The notes: generated by a model not told the origin, from the sequence alone. A stretch of 64,000 nucleotides of DNA from Vicinamibacterales bacterium (GCA_963832375.1 CAWHUA010000004.1:29352-93351), one strand, 5' to 3'; shown: positions 37,983 to 47,192, counted from the stretch's first letter. Program-made: numbers and translations.

Positions 37983-39287
37983 TTATTTTGCCGGCTCGAC
38001 TCGACGGACTCGAATCACCGATTCGTCGCGGTTCGCCCACGCCACGACGAGGTCGCGACCCGTTCGAACGATGACCGGGTGCGACGCTGATTCGGTTCCG
38101 CTCAGCACCCGCGACGGCCCGATCGCGCGCAATGGCGATGCATGCGCCAGCACAACCCGATGCACGCCGTCGACCGTCTCGTCCCAGACAATGACCGCTC
38201 CGCCATCTGCTGCCAGCGTCATCTGCGGATGTCCGGGCGTGATGCCGGCAGCGGGCAGACGGGTTCTCGCCGAGAACGTCCGGCCATCCCGGGACGTCGC
38301 GTAAAAGACGGCTTTTCGAGGCTCGTCGCCCTCAGTCACGAGCGTCGCCCACGCCACGTGGATCGTTCCGGCTCGATCGACCGCCAGCGCGGGTCCGTCT
38401 TCCGGACAGCCATTCAGTTCCCACTTGTCCTCGCTGACGCGGACGAGCGGATCGAAATGCGCGCCGCCGTCGGTCGACCTGGCGAACGCGATGTCGCGCA
38501 TGCTGCCGGGAAAAATGTGACGCCAGGCGGCGTACACGGTGCCCTTCACGTCGACGGCGACGGCGGTCTTGCAGCAGAAGCAGACGCCGCTGGCAATGAC
38601 GGTCTCCACACGGCGTCCGTCAGGGGTCAGGATGCCGTGATAGACGTCCTGCGGCGGCTGCCCCTTGTGGGGCATGCCGGAATGCGCCGTCTCGTCGGCG
38701 ATCTTCCGGTTGGCGTCACGCCCGTCGAGCCACACCGCATGAACCGCGCCTGACCGCCCGGTCGCGAGCGACTCCCAGCCGCGTGCGCCCGAAAACGCGG
38801 GATCGTGAATCGTGCGGGCCGGAGAAAATGTGCGGCCTCCGTCGGTCGAGCGGGCGACCCGCACCACATCCTGGCGCGACCGCTGAGGACCGTCATTTCT
38901 TCTTGACCAGACGACGGTGATGGCGCGCGCGTTGACGGGGCCGGACACGACGACGCGCGGCGGCTGTTCGCTGTTGACGCTCGCGTCGCCGTCCTGATCG
39001 TTGACACGGCGCGGCTCCGAGAACGTCACACCGGCGTCCTGACTCACGGCAGCAAAGACATTCGCTGCGCCATTCCTGCTCGCGGCCCAGACCGCCACAA
39101 TCGTGCGGTCGAGCGCCGCCAGCGACGGTGCGGAACTGGCAGCCCCCGTGACGGAAAGCGACGTCCGGGGCGGCTGCTGACGCGCCAGCGTCGAACCGCC
39201 GGCCGACGCAAGAACGGCAATGACACTCGCACACAGTCCCACCTTCAGCGCGCGCCGGATAGTCGCAGACATCGCGGGCACCTCCAT
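37983..39287 (-). CDS. secreted BNR/Asp-box repeat (sialidase-fold) protein
   Basis: Signal peptide and repeated Asp-boxes (SQDAGVTF, STDGGRTF, STDGGAHF, SRDGRTF). Confidence 0.6.
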   Translation of the reverse strand: MEVPAMSATIRRALKVGLCASVIAVLASAGGSTLARQQPPRTSLSVTGAASSAPSLAALDRTIVAVWAASRNGAANVFAAVSQDAGVTFSEPRRVNDQDGDASVNSEQPPRVVVSGPVNARAITVVWSRRNDGPQRSRQDVVRVARSTDGGRTFSPARTIHDPAFSGARGWESLATGRSGAVHAVWLDGRDANRKIADETAHSGMPHKGQPPQDVYHGILTPDGRRVETVIASGVCFCCKTAVAVDVKGTVYAAWRHIFPGSMRDIAFARSTDGGAHFDPLVRVSEDKWELNGCPEDGPALAVDRAGTIHVAWATLVTEGDEPRKAVFYATSRDGRTFSARTRLPAAGITPGHPQMTLAADGGAVIVWDETVDGVHRVVLAHASPLRAIGPSRVLSGTESASHPVIVRTGRDLVVAWANRDESVIRVRRVEPAK

Positions 39288-39302
39288 CTGTCGCTCCGCC
39301 GA

Positions 39303-41033
39303 TCAGGCGTCTTGTCTGTGGCTGCTGAGGAAGGCTTCGAGCGCGAACTGATCGGCGCTCGTAAACGACACCCCGGCGCGGTACCACAACTGACCGGATT
39401 TCGGTTCGAGGCGCGACCACATCACCTTCGCCTTACAGGCAATGAGACTGTCGCCCATCGGCATGGTGAGCTTGACCAGCCTGTTCGGTTTCATCGAGAA
39501 CGGCGTCAGCACCTGGGCACCGGTGACGGAGAGATCGATCAGTTTGCCTTCGGTGCCGTCGATCTGCACCTCGACCTCGGTGGAAATCGCGACACGTTTG
39601 GCACCGCGCGCCGGGCCTCGATACGCGGGTTCGTTCGCATCCGAGGAGAGCGCGGACTCCATCGCCAGGGACGGCGTCTCCGAGGGTGGAAGGGCCAGCA
39701 GCCGCTGCTGATCGAGCTCGAGCTCTGCGATCTCGGCACGCGCCTCAGCATCCCGGAGCGCGCCCTCGAGGCTCCGGATCCGGTTTTCAATCAACCGCTG
39801 CCGTTCTTCGTCCCTCGTATCGACCGTCAGATCGATCACGGTTTCCTCGATGGGCTCCTCGTCGCCATCGATCACGAGCTGAGGCCCCGACTGCAGCGAT
39901 CGCGCCGCGTCGCGCTCCTCGTGCGCGGTTTGCAGCTCCTGCCTCAGGAACTCTCGTTCGCGAATCGCCTCATGGGCCAGCTCGAGCTCGCGCCTCAGCG
40001 CATCGCGTTCGCGCAGGGCCTCGTCGACCAGTGCATCGGCCGCCCGAGTGGCCTCTTCCGCTCGTGCATCGGCGGCACGAATGGCCTCTTCGACTCGTGC
40101 GTCGGCGACACGAACGGCTTCTTCGGCCCGTGCATCGGCGGCACGAGCGGCGTCCTGTGCCGAAACGAGGAGATGGCTCTGATCGGATTCCGAGCGCGAG
40201 AGGGCCTCGTGCCTGGCGTCCGTCTCGCGGCGCATTCCGTCGATCTCGTGGCGCGCCGCCGCGAGCTCGCCGCGCGTCCACTCGAGATCGCGTTCGAGCT
40301 GGGCCGACGCTTCGCGCAACTGCGCAGCCGCCGCGCGCTCGGTATCGGCCGTCGCGCGAGCCTGCTCCATTTCCGCCCGCCCGGCAGCCTGGGCGGCCTG
40401 CGCGTCCTTCAGCTGCTGATCGACGCCCTGATGGCGCGCCGCGAACTCCTGGAGCTTTGCCGCAATCTCGCGCTGTTGCGCTTCGACGACCGCCCGCGAG
40501 GCTTGCGCCTCGCCACGGACCTGCTCGACGGCCTGCTCGAGACCAGCGGCGCGAGTCCGTTCGGACTGGGCGGCGGCTTGCGCCGCTTCAAGCTCGCGTT
40601 CGAGAGCGGCGCGTTCGGCCTGCTCCTGTTCGAGGCGCTGCTGCACCGCTTCGACCTCGCGCTGCGCGCCGGACGAGTCGCGGGCGGCCGCGTCGACGAC
40701 GCGACGCTGCTCTTTCAGCTCGGCCTGCGCTTTGTCCAGCGCCTGGCGCAATTGCGCCACGGTGCCCTTTTCGGATTCCAGCGCCGATTCCGCCTCACCG
40801 CGCGCCGCAGCGGCCGCGCTTTGCCCGTGCCGCTGTGCGTCGTGCACCACCTGCCGCACGGTCGTGTCCGCCTCGTCGGTGGCCACGCGCGCCAGGTCGC
40901 GAATCAGCGATTCGAGCGAGGCGTGCTTGCCGGGATTCGCCAGCGCCTCTTCGAGCGCGCCCAGCCGCGACGCCATCGACGCGCGCAGGGCTTCGACCTC
41001 CTTCGGCACAGCCTGTTTGGCACTCTTTTTCAC
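39303..41033 (-). CDS. long coiled-coil protein with C-terminal PilZ domain
   Basis: About 470 aa of A/E/R/Q-rich heptad-like sequence. Then RGAKR (RxxxR) followed 19 residues later by DLSVTG (DxSxxG), which are the two PilZ c-di-GMP motifs. Confidence 0.6.
   Translation of the reverse strand: MKKSAKQAVPKEVEALRASMASRLGALEEALANPGKHASLESLIRDLARVATDEADTTVRQVVHDAQRHGQSAAAAARGEAESALESEKGTVAQLRQALDKAQAELKEQRRVVDAAARDSSGAQREVEAVQQRLEQEQAERAALERELEAAQAAAQSERTRAAGLEQAVEQVRGEAQASRAVVEAQQREIAAKLQEFAARHQGVDQQLKDAQAAQAAGRAEMEQARATADTERAAAAQLREASAQLERDLEWTRGELAAARHEIDGMRRETDARHEALSRSESDQSHLLVSAQDAARAADARAEEAVRVADARVEEAIRAADARAEEATRAADALVDEALRERDALRRELELAHEAIREREFLRQELQTAHEERDAARSLQSGPQLVIDGDEEPIEETVIDLTVDTRDEERQRLIENRIRSLEGALRDAEARAEIAELELDQQRLLALPPSETPSLAMESALSSDANEPAYRGPARGAKRVAISTEVEVQIDGTEGKLIDLSVTGAQVLTPFSMKPNRLVKLTMPMGDSLIACKAKVMWSRLEPKSGQLWYRAGVSFTSADQFALEAFLSSHRQDA
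40032..40158 (-). repeat. in-frame 33-bp tandem repeat (about 3.8 copies) inside the coiled-coil gene
   Basis: The plus strand shows TGCATCGGCNGCNCGAnnGGCCTCTTCnnCTCG repeated. It encodes ARAADARAEEA / VRVADARVEEA / IRAADARAEEA. Confidence 0.8.
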
Positions 41034-41108
41034 AATTGTGATCTTATATGAGAGACGAGAAACATCGAACCCGACCGATTCCTCACGGGCGCGCTAATAT
41101 GAGTCTGC

Positions 41109-42368
41109 GTGGCGTTGATACTTGCCATCAACCCGGGAAACAGCCATAGCCCCACGCTCGCCCGTCTTGCGCGCGAATTGCAGGGATGCGAGCTCATCGG
41201 CGCTGACTCCTGTGCGGTTGCCATTACTGCAATCAACAAGCGCGTGCCCGACCTCGTGCTGCTGCCCGAGAGACCCGCGAAAGGAGAGGCCGACCTCCTT
41301 GCGCGTCTCCGAGCGATACCGGGCGGCGTGCTCACGCTGAAGCTGCCTCCCGTCTCATCGGCCGATCCGACGGCGATCGCCAAGGACATCCGCATAATGC
41401 TCGCGGGCGAGACCACCGCGCAGGCGCCGGCACCAGTACGAGCGCCAGCACCAAAGGTCAGCGGTCCATCGCCACATCTGGTTGCCGCCGCAAAGGCGAT
41501 GATCGACTGGGTTCACACACGTCAGGCCCAATGGGCCGAGGCCGAACGTCTCGATCTGGCTCCCGAACCGCTGGCCGTCTCGGCTTCGGCCGGCAGGTCC
41601 GAACCTCACGAACCCTACGAACCTTACGAACCCAACGAACCCCACGAACCCCACGAACCTCTCGATCACGATATGTTTGGCGCAAGCGAGCCGGCCGGCA
41701 GCACCTGGTTACCTCGCGTCGCCATCGTTGCCGCACTCCTGGGAGCAGGAGCGGCGGGCGTCTGGCTGTGGCCGAGCCTTCGCGGCGGCACATCCAGCGG
41801 GGTGACTCAGGCGAGCGCGCCGCAGGACACGGCCCCGGTCGACAGCAACGCCCCGCCGGCTGCAGTGCCCACACCAGTTCCCGGCACACAGGCGACGGTG
41901 CCCGCGCCGACTCAGCCGACGATCGACAAGCCGGGCGCGGTTCCTGCGGATGCTGCCGCTACGGTGGGAGGGTTTGTGGCCGTTTCTGCACCGTTCGACA
42001 TCAGCATCACCAACGCCGCTCAGCCGGTCACGGTCGACGATCGCGGGCGTGCCATGCTGCCTTCGGGCAAATACCGCCTCAGGTTCCAGAATCGCGAGGT
42101 CGGTTACGACGAGACACGCGCCGTCGAAGTACGACCAACCGAAACGACGACGATCAACCTCGTTCCGCAAACCGCGCTCAACGTCACCGCAAACGAATCC
42201 GCGGAAGTGCTCGTCGATGGAGAGCGCACCGGCGAAACACCCTTCAACGGCCGAATCCCGTATGGCGCGCATACCGTCACGGTGAGAACCGCCGGCGGCG
42301 AGCGCCAGTTTCAGATCGAGGCCACGATGAAGCCGGTTCAACTCGAGGTCGATTTCTCGAAGCCATGA
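41109..42368 (+). CDS. membrane protein: pseudo-receiver-like N-terminus, EP[HYN] repeat, TM helix, C-terminal PEGA domain
   Basis: GTG start. The N-terminal ~90 aa are receiver-like but lack the acceptor Asp (DLVLLPE). TM helix VAIVAALLGAGAAGVWLW. PEGA-like segment AEVLVDGERTGETPFNGRIPYGAHTVTV. Confidence 0.5.
   Translation: MALILAINPGNSHSPTLARLARELQGCELIGADSCAVAITAINKRVPDLVLLPERPAKGEADLLARLRAIPGGVLTLKLPPVSSADPTAIAKDIRIMLAGETTAQAPAPVRAPAPKVSGPSPHLVAAAKAMIDWVHTRQAQWAEAERLDLAPEPLAVSASAGRSEPHEPYEPYEPNEPHEPHEPLDHDMFGASEPAGSTWLPRVAIVAALLGAGAAGVWLWPSLRGGTSSGVTQASAPQDTAPVDSNAPPAAVPTPVPGTQATVPAPTQPTIDKPGAVPADAAATVGGFVAVSAPFDISITNAAQPVTVDDRGRAMLPSGKYRLRFQNREVGYDETRAVEVRPTETTTINLVPQTALNVTANESAEVLVDGERTGETPFNGRIPYGAHTVTVRTAGGERQFQIEATMKPVQLEVDFSKP
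41601..41663 (+). repeat. seven codon-aligned 9-bp units GAACCNNAC encoding EPHEPYEPYEPNEPHEPHEPL
   Basis: Read directly. It shares 14-15-nt strings (CGAACCTTACGAACC, CGAACCCAACGAAC) with the intergenic array arm at 21281-21339. Confidence 0.9.
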
Positions 42369-42397
42369 CCTACAATGAGAAAATAAAGGGGGAATAG

Positions 42398-42886
42398 ATG
42401 AACAGATATCTGGCATCGGCCTTGTTCGTCCTGATCTTTGCGGCCGCCACCCTCGATGCGCATGTCGTCGTGACACCGCGCGAATCGGCGCCAGGTGCCG
42501 AACAGGTCTACACGATCGTCGCAATGGTCGAGGGTACGGTGGCGTCGAGCTCGGTCGAACTCGAAGTGCCCGCCGGCCTGCACGTGATGCAGGTAGCTTC
42601 GGGTGAAGGCTTCACCTTCGACGTCAAGAAGGACAAAGACCGCATCGTCGCGATTACGTGGAAGAAAGAGATGAAGCCGAAAGAGCCGGCGGCGAAGTTC
42701 ACGTTTACCGCGCACAACCCGCAGTCGGGCACGTTGCAGTGGAAGGCGCATCAGACGTTCGCGGACGGATCGGTGCGGCACTGGGTTGGCGAGCGCGGAT
42801 CCAAGGACCCCGCATCGGTCACGACGATCGCAGTGAAAGGCGCAAAGACTGCACCGGCGGCGGAAGCCGGTCACGACCACAAGTAG
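42398..42886 (+). CDS. YcnI-family (DUF1775) periplasmic copper-binding protein
   Basis: Signal peptide ending ...TLDA, then HVVVTP, the N-terminal His typical of YcnI. His-rich tail AGHDHK. Confidence 0.65.
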   Translation: MNRYLASALFVLIFAAATLDAHVVVTPRESAPGAEQVYTIVAMVEGTVASSSVELEVPAGLHVMQVASGEGFTFDVKKDKDRIVAITWKKEMKPKEPAAKFTFTAHNPQSGTLQWKAHQTFADGSVRHWVGERGSKDPASVTTIAVKGAKTAPAAEAGHDHK

Positions 42887-42907
42887 CGCGTTTTCGCGGA
42901 GAACGCA

Positions 42908-43921
42908 TTGGTCTACCGATGGCTTCGCGACCTGCACCTGTATTTCGGGCTCTTTGTCAGCCCATTCGTGCTGCTCTTCGCGGTGAGTGTGTTCTACCTC
43001 AACCATGGCAAGTTGAGGCCAGGCACACCACCGCCCTCCGAAGCCTTCCATAATCTCCAGATTCCAGACGGATTCGATCGGCTGAAAGGCCGCGATGCGG
43101 TGGAGCTCACCAGACACATCCTGCCGCAGGTCGGCGTGTCCGGCGAGATTGGTTTTCTTCGCTATGTCGCCCGGGATCGGCATCTCATCTTTCCGGTTTC
43201 GATCGCCGGTCTGGAGTCGAACGTCGATGTGGACCTCGACGGGCGCTCGGCCCTCGTCATGCGGCGTCCGATGAATGTCTGGGAATCGCTTTCCTACCTG
43301 CACAAGATGCCGGGACCGCACAACGTGGCGATTCGAGGGAACTGGGTCGGCATGCGAGTGTGGAGATGGCTGGCCGACGCGACCATCTATCTGCTCCTGT
43401 TCATTTCGCTGAGCGGCATCTACCTCTGGTGGACGATCAGGGCCGAGCGACGGATTGGTCTCGACACGCCGATCGAAACGCCCGACGGCGACACGCTCGC
43501 CGCCAGGACGCACGACTTGATGCGCCAGCTCGGGCTGCAGGGCGAAATCGACTGGCCGGCCGCGCAGCCGGTGTGGCACATCGATTTCAACGTGAGCCGG
43601 CCGAACGGGACTGCACAGGTGCGGGTGGACCTGACGGCCAAGCAGGCGTACCTGCGCGAGTTTCGGAACGGCCGGTGGCACGCCTTTCAGATCTTTCACA
43701 CCTTCAGCGGCTCCCGCTTCAATCAACCTGCGAGCGAGCGCGACTGGATGGTGACCAGCGTGTGGGTGTTTGCGATGGACGCCCTGGCCCTTGGCCTGGT
43801 CCTGATGGTGCTTGGCAGCTACTACATGTGGTGGCAGCTCAAGAAGAAGAGCACGCTTGGGGTTTTCGCGCTGGCGGCAGGGTTCGCGAGCTGTGGCGCG
43901 TTCGTCGCCGGCATACTCTGA
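42908..43921 (+). CDS. PepSY-associated TM-helix membrane protein
   Basis: TTG start. YRWLRDLHLYFGLFVSPFVLLFAVS motif. Further TM helices in the middle and at the C-terminus. Confidence 0.6.
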   Translation: MVYRWLRDLHLYFGLFVSPFVLLFAVSVFYLNHGKLRPGTPPPSEAFHNLQIPDGFDRLKGRDAVELTRHILPQVGVSGEIGFLRYVARDRHLIFPVSIAGLESNVDVDLDGRSALVMRRPMNVWESLSYLHKMPGPHNVAIRGNWVGMRVWRWLADATIYLLLFISLSGIYLWWTIRAERRIGLDTPIETPDGDTLAARTHDLMRQLGLQGEIDWPAAQPVWHIDFNVSRPNGTAQVRVDLTAKQAYLREFRNGRWHAFQIFHTFSGSRFNQPASERDWMVTSVWVFAMDALALGLVLMVLGSYYMWWQLKKKSTLGVFALAAGFASCGAFVAGIL

Positions 43922-43995
43922 TCTCGTTACCGCCCTTGCGGCCTGTCTCGACCTCGATCGACAGGGGTGTTAACATCCGCTCCCACGGAGGAACT

Positions 43996-44370
43996 ATGAA
44001 GAGAATCACCATCATGGCGGCGGCGCTCGTATTGATTCTGAGTGCGTCGGCGTTCGCGGAAGATGTCACCGGCGTTCTCGTCGATCTCGCCTGCTACACC
44101 AAGGACAAGGCCAACACGACCAACGCGCACAAAGGCATGGGCGAAACGTGCGCCCAGGCGTGCGCGAAGAAGGGCGGCACGGTCGCGCTCGTCACCGAGA
44201 AAGGCGACGTGTACGAAGTGATGACGATGGGCGGCCTGGCCGGCGAGAACAACGCCAAGCTCGTCCCCCACATGTCCCACACCGTCACGCTGACGGGCGA
44301 CGTCATGGACTCCAAGGACAAGAAGACGAAGATGCTTCACGCCACCGCGCTGAAGATGATCTCCAAGTAG
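43996..44370 (+). CDS. small secreted Cys-containing protein, family not recognised
   Basis: The internal ATG 43996 of track ORF 43360..44370 is preceded by GGAGG. Signal peptide MKRITIMAAALVLILSASAFA. Cys pattern C-x21-C-x3-C. Confidence 0.45.
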   Translation: MKRITIMAAALVLILSASAFAEDVTGVLVDLACYTKDKANTTNAHKGMGETCAQACAKKGGTVALVTEKGDVYEVMTMGGLAGENNAKLVPHMSHTVTLTGDVMDSKDKKTKMLHATALKMISK

Positions 44371-44408
44371 CGTCCGGGACCACCCACTCCGACCGCATCG
44401 CACGCTCG

Positions 44409-44448
44409 CTGTCAACGGCTGCCGGCCGTTGACAGCGGCCGGTTTCTT
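44409..44448 (+). terminator. intrinsic terminator
   Basis: CTGTCAACGGC, 5-nt loop, GCCGTTGACAG, followed by CGGCCGGTTTCTT. It lies 39 nt after the stop at 44370. Confidence 0.6.
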
Positions 44449-44504
44449 GATGTAGTCTCTGCTACATTCTGAAGTCTATCTTTCACAGATTTGCCAGCCC
44501 TTCA

Positions 44505-45629
44505 ATCAAGGTCCTGCACGCGGCTGCACTGGCGGCCGTGTTCGGCGTCGCGCCGGCGATGGCCCAGCAGGCGGACCCGCCCGCCGATCGCACGACCGGC
44601 GTGTCGGGCTACATGGATTTTCACTTCAACAAGAACGAATTCGAGGATGCGCGGCTCGACTTCCATCGATTCGTCCTGCTCATCACCCATAACTTCAGCG
44701 ACCGCATCCGGTTCGTGAGCGAGCTCGAGCTCGAGCACGCGTTCGTCGAGGGACCGGAGGAAGCCGGCGCGCTGGAGCTGGAGCAGGCGTACGTCGACTT
44801 CCTGCTCTCGCGCGGATTCAACCTGCGCGCGGGCATGATGCTCGTGCCGGTCGGCATCATCAACGAGCGGCACGAGCCACCCGTCTACTACGGGGTGGAG
44901 CGGCCGTTTGTCGATACCGTGATCATCCCGACGACGTGGTTTGAAACCGGCGTCGGGGTGCACGGCGAAGTCGGACGCGGGTGGCGCTACCGCGCGTACG
45001 TCATGTCGCCGCTGAACGCGCGGGAGTTCACGGCAGAGGAAGGCATCCGCGAAGGGCGGCAGAAGGGCTCGGATACGAACATCGGCCGCCCTGCCTTCAC
45101 GGGCCGGCTCGAATTCGTCGGCGTGCCGGGACTGACCGCGGGCGCGAGCTTCTGGACCGGACGTTCGGGCTTTGAATTCCGGCCGCGATTCGACGTGCCG
45201 GTCACCGTCGGCGAAGCCGATGTTCGTCTGGCGCGCGATCGGCTGGAGCTGCGCGGACAGTTCGCCTACGTCAGCGTGTCGAACGCCGCCGAGCTGAACG
45301 ATGCGCTCGGCCGGGCGGTCGGCGTGGATCCGAACGTCGCCAGTGCGATGCGAGGCTTCTACGGCGAGGCCGCGTACCGCGTCATCTCGGGCGCCCGCAT
45401 CGGTGATGTCGGCATCTTCACGCGCTACGAAAATTTCGATACCCAGTACCGCATGCCGGACGGTTACCTCCCGCTCGAAGAGTTCGACCGCGATGCGTTC
45501 ACCACGGGAGCCACGTACTGGCCCGATCCGGACATTGCGATCAAGGTGGACTATTCGATCTTACGCAGCAAGAGCGCGATCCTTCCCGCGCCCAACTCGT
45601 TCAACATCGGCCTTGGATGGTGGTTCTGA
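44505..45629 (+). CDS. outer-membrane beta-barrel protein (C-terminal ...GLGWWF); start codon unresolved
   Basis: Track ORF 44538..45629 starts in the middle of a signal peptide. The frame is open from 44451 and reads ...IKVLHAAALAAVFGVAPAMAQQ. There is no ATG/GTG/TTG upstream. ATC 44505 would give a textbook signal peptide. Confidence 0.5.
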   Translation: MKVLHAAALAAVFGVAPAMAQQADPPADRTTGVSGYMDFHFNKNEFEDARLDFHRFVLLITHNFSDRIRFVSELELEHAFVEGPEEAGALELEQAYVDFLLSRGFNLRAGMMLVPVGIINERHEPPVYYGVERPFVDTVIIPTTWFETGVGVHGEVGRGWRYRAYVMSPLNAREFTAEEGIREGRQKGSDTNIGRPAFTGRLEFVGVPGLTAGASFWTGRSGFEFRPRFDVPVTVGEADVRLARDRLELRGQFAYVSVSNAAELNDALGRAVGVDPNVASAMRGFYGEAAYRVISGARIGDVGIFTRYENFDTQYRMPDGYLPLEEFDRDAFTTGATYWPDPDIAIKVDYSILRSKSAILPAPNSFNIGLGWWF

Positions 45630-46003
45630 TGACACGCATCTTCACGCGATTCAACGTCGTGGTCGTGACCGCCGGGGTCATCGCCGCAGTCGGCGGCGGG
45701 GCGATCGCGGCACGGCAGCAAAAGCCGCAGGTCGTCGACATTTCGGTAGAGCGGTTCAGCTTTACACCGTCGGAGTTCAAGGTGAAAGCCGGACAGCCCG
45801 TCGAGATCAGGCTGCGCAGCGACGATACCGATCACGGGTTCCGGATTCTCGGCACCGACGTCAACGTCGCGATCCCGAAGCGCGGCAAGGGAGTGGCGAC
45901 CGTGGTGTTCGAGCCGCCGAAACCCGGGCGCTACACGTTCGAGTGCTCGAAGTTGTGCGGGGCCGGCCATTCCTTCATGCGTGGCACGCTCATCGCCGAA
46001 TAG
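45629..46003 (+). CDS. membrane-anchored cupredoxin with a CuA-type ligand signature
   Basis: TGATG overlap with the barrel stop (alternative start 45617). TM anchor, then DHGF, 36 residues, and CSKLCGAGHSFM. This gives the H-x36-C-x3-C-x3-H-x2-M pattern of COX2/NosZ CuA centres. Confidence 0.6.
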   Translation: MTRIFTRFNVVVVTAGVIAAVGGGAIAARQQKPQVVDISVERFSFTPSEFKVKAGQPVEIRLRSDDTDHGFRILGTDVNVAIPKRGKGVATVVFEPPKPGRYTFECSKLCGAGHSFMRGTLIAE

Positions 46004-46013
46004 AGAGAACACA

Positions 46014-47192
46014 ATGTCCATCCGGTTGATGATCGGCGCGGCCTTTGCGGTGTTCGCCACCGCTCTGGCGGTCGCGCAAACGCGAACGGCGCAGCCCGGC
46101 GGTCCGCTCCCGGGCATTACGCCCGTCGAGTTCGAGGAGTTCCGGATTGGCCTGGACGACTTTCTCGAAGTCGAGGCGTCCGAGGAAGGGCTCGGACCAG
46201 CGTTCAACGGCACGAGTTGCGCCGTCTGCCACAACGTGCCGGTCGTCGGCGGCGTCAGCCCCGTCGCCGAGATGCGCGCAGGGCGCCTGAACGATCGAGG
46301 GGAATTCGAAACGCTGGATGGCACGGGCGAAACGCTGTTCCACCTGTTCTCGGTTCCCGGCCACGCGTGCCAGCCCATCGTGCCGGCCGAGGCGAACGTA
46401 TTCGCGCGGCGCGTGCCCATACCCGTCTTCGGCGCCGGCCTGGTCGAAGCCATTCCCGACGACACGCTGCGCGACCTCGAGGATCCCTTCGATCGCAACG
46501 GCGACGGTGTGAGCGGACGTGCCGCGATCGTCGTCGATGTGGCGACGGGCGACCGGCGCGTCGGCCGTTTCGGATGGAAGGCACAGCACGCCACGCTGCT
46601 GACTTTCAGCGCCGACGCGTACCGCAACGAGATGGGCATTACCAACGATCTCTTCCCGGCCGAGATGGCGCACGGTGTGGCCGCCGATCGCATGCGTCTC
46701 TGCGATCCGTTCGCCGATCCCGAGGACATCGCCGATCCGCGAACGCGCCGCCGCGGCATCGACAACTTCGCGAGCTTCATGAAATTTCTCGCGCCCCTGG
46801 CGCGCGAGGGCGTGACGCCGCAAACGCAGGCCGGCGAAAAAGTGTTCCAGTCGCTCGGCTGCGCGACGTGTCACGTGCCCGTCCTGATGACGGGCGCGAG
46901 CGCGAATCCGCTGTTCAACCGGAAGCGGGTGGACCTCTTCTCTGATTTGCTGCTGCACGAGGTCGGTACCGGAGACGGCATCCGGCAGGCATCCGCGGAC
47001 CCACACGAAATCCGCACGCCGGCGCTGTGGGGGCTGCGATTCCGTCGCCCGCTCCTCCATGACGGCTCCGCCGCGACCATCGAGCACGCCGTGCTGAGGC
47101 ACGCCCGGGAAGCGGATCTGGCGCGGCGCGGCTTCGAGCAGCTCAGCGACGTCGACAAGGCCGCCTTGATGGCATTCCTGAAATCACTCTAA
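46014..47192 (+). CDS. di-haem oxidoreductase / cytochrome c peroxidase-like protein (DHOR family)
   Basis: The internal ATG 46014 gives a signal peptide. Two CxxCH motifs (CAVCH, CATCH). The overall pattern matches my memory of PF06537. Confidence 0.6.
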   Translation: MSIRLMIGAAFAVFATALAVAQTRTAQPGGPLPGITPVEFEEFRIGLDDFLEVEASEEGLGPAFNGTSCAVCHNVPVVGGVSPVAEMRAGRLNDRGEFETLDGTGETLFHLFSVPGHACQPIVPAEANVFARRVPIPVFGAGLVEAIPDDTLRDLEDPFDRNGDGVSGRAAIVVDVATGDRRVGRFGWKAQHATLLTFSADAYRNEMGITNDLFPAEMAHGVAADRMRLCDPFADPEDIADPRTRRRGIDNFASFMKFLAPLAREGVTPQTQAGEKVFQSLGCATCHVPVLMTGASANPLFNRKRVDLFSDLLLHEVGTGDGIRQASADPHEIRTPALWGLRFRRPLLHDGSAATIEHAVLRHAREADLARRGFEQLSDVDKAALMAFLKSL

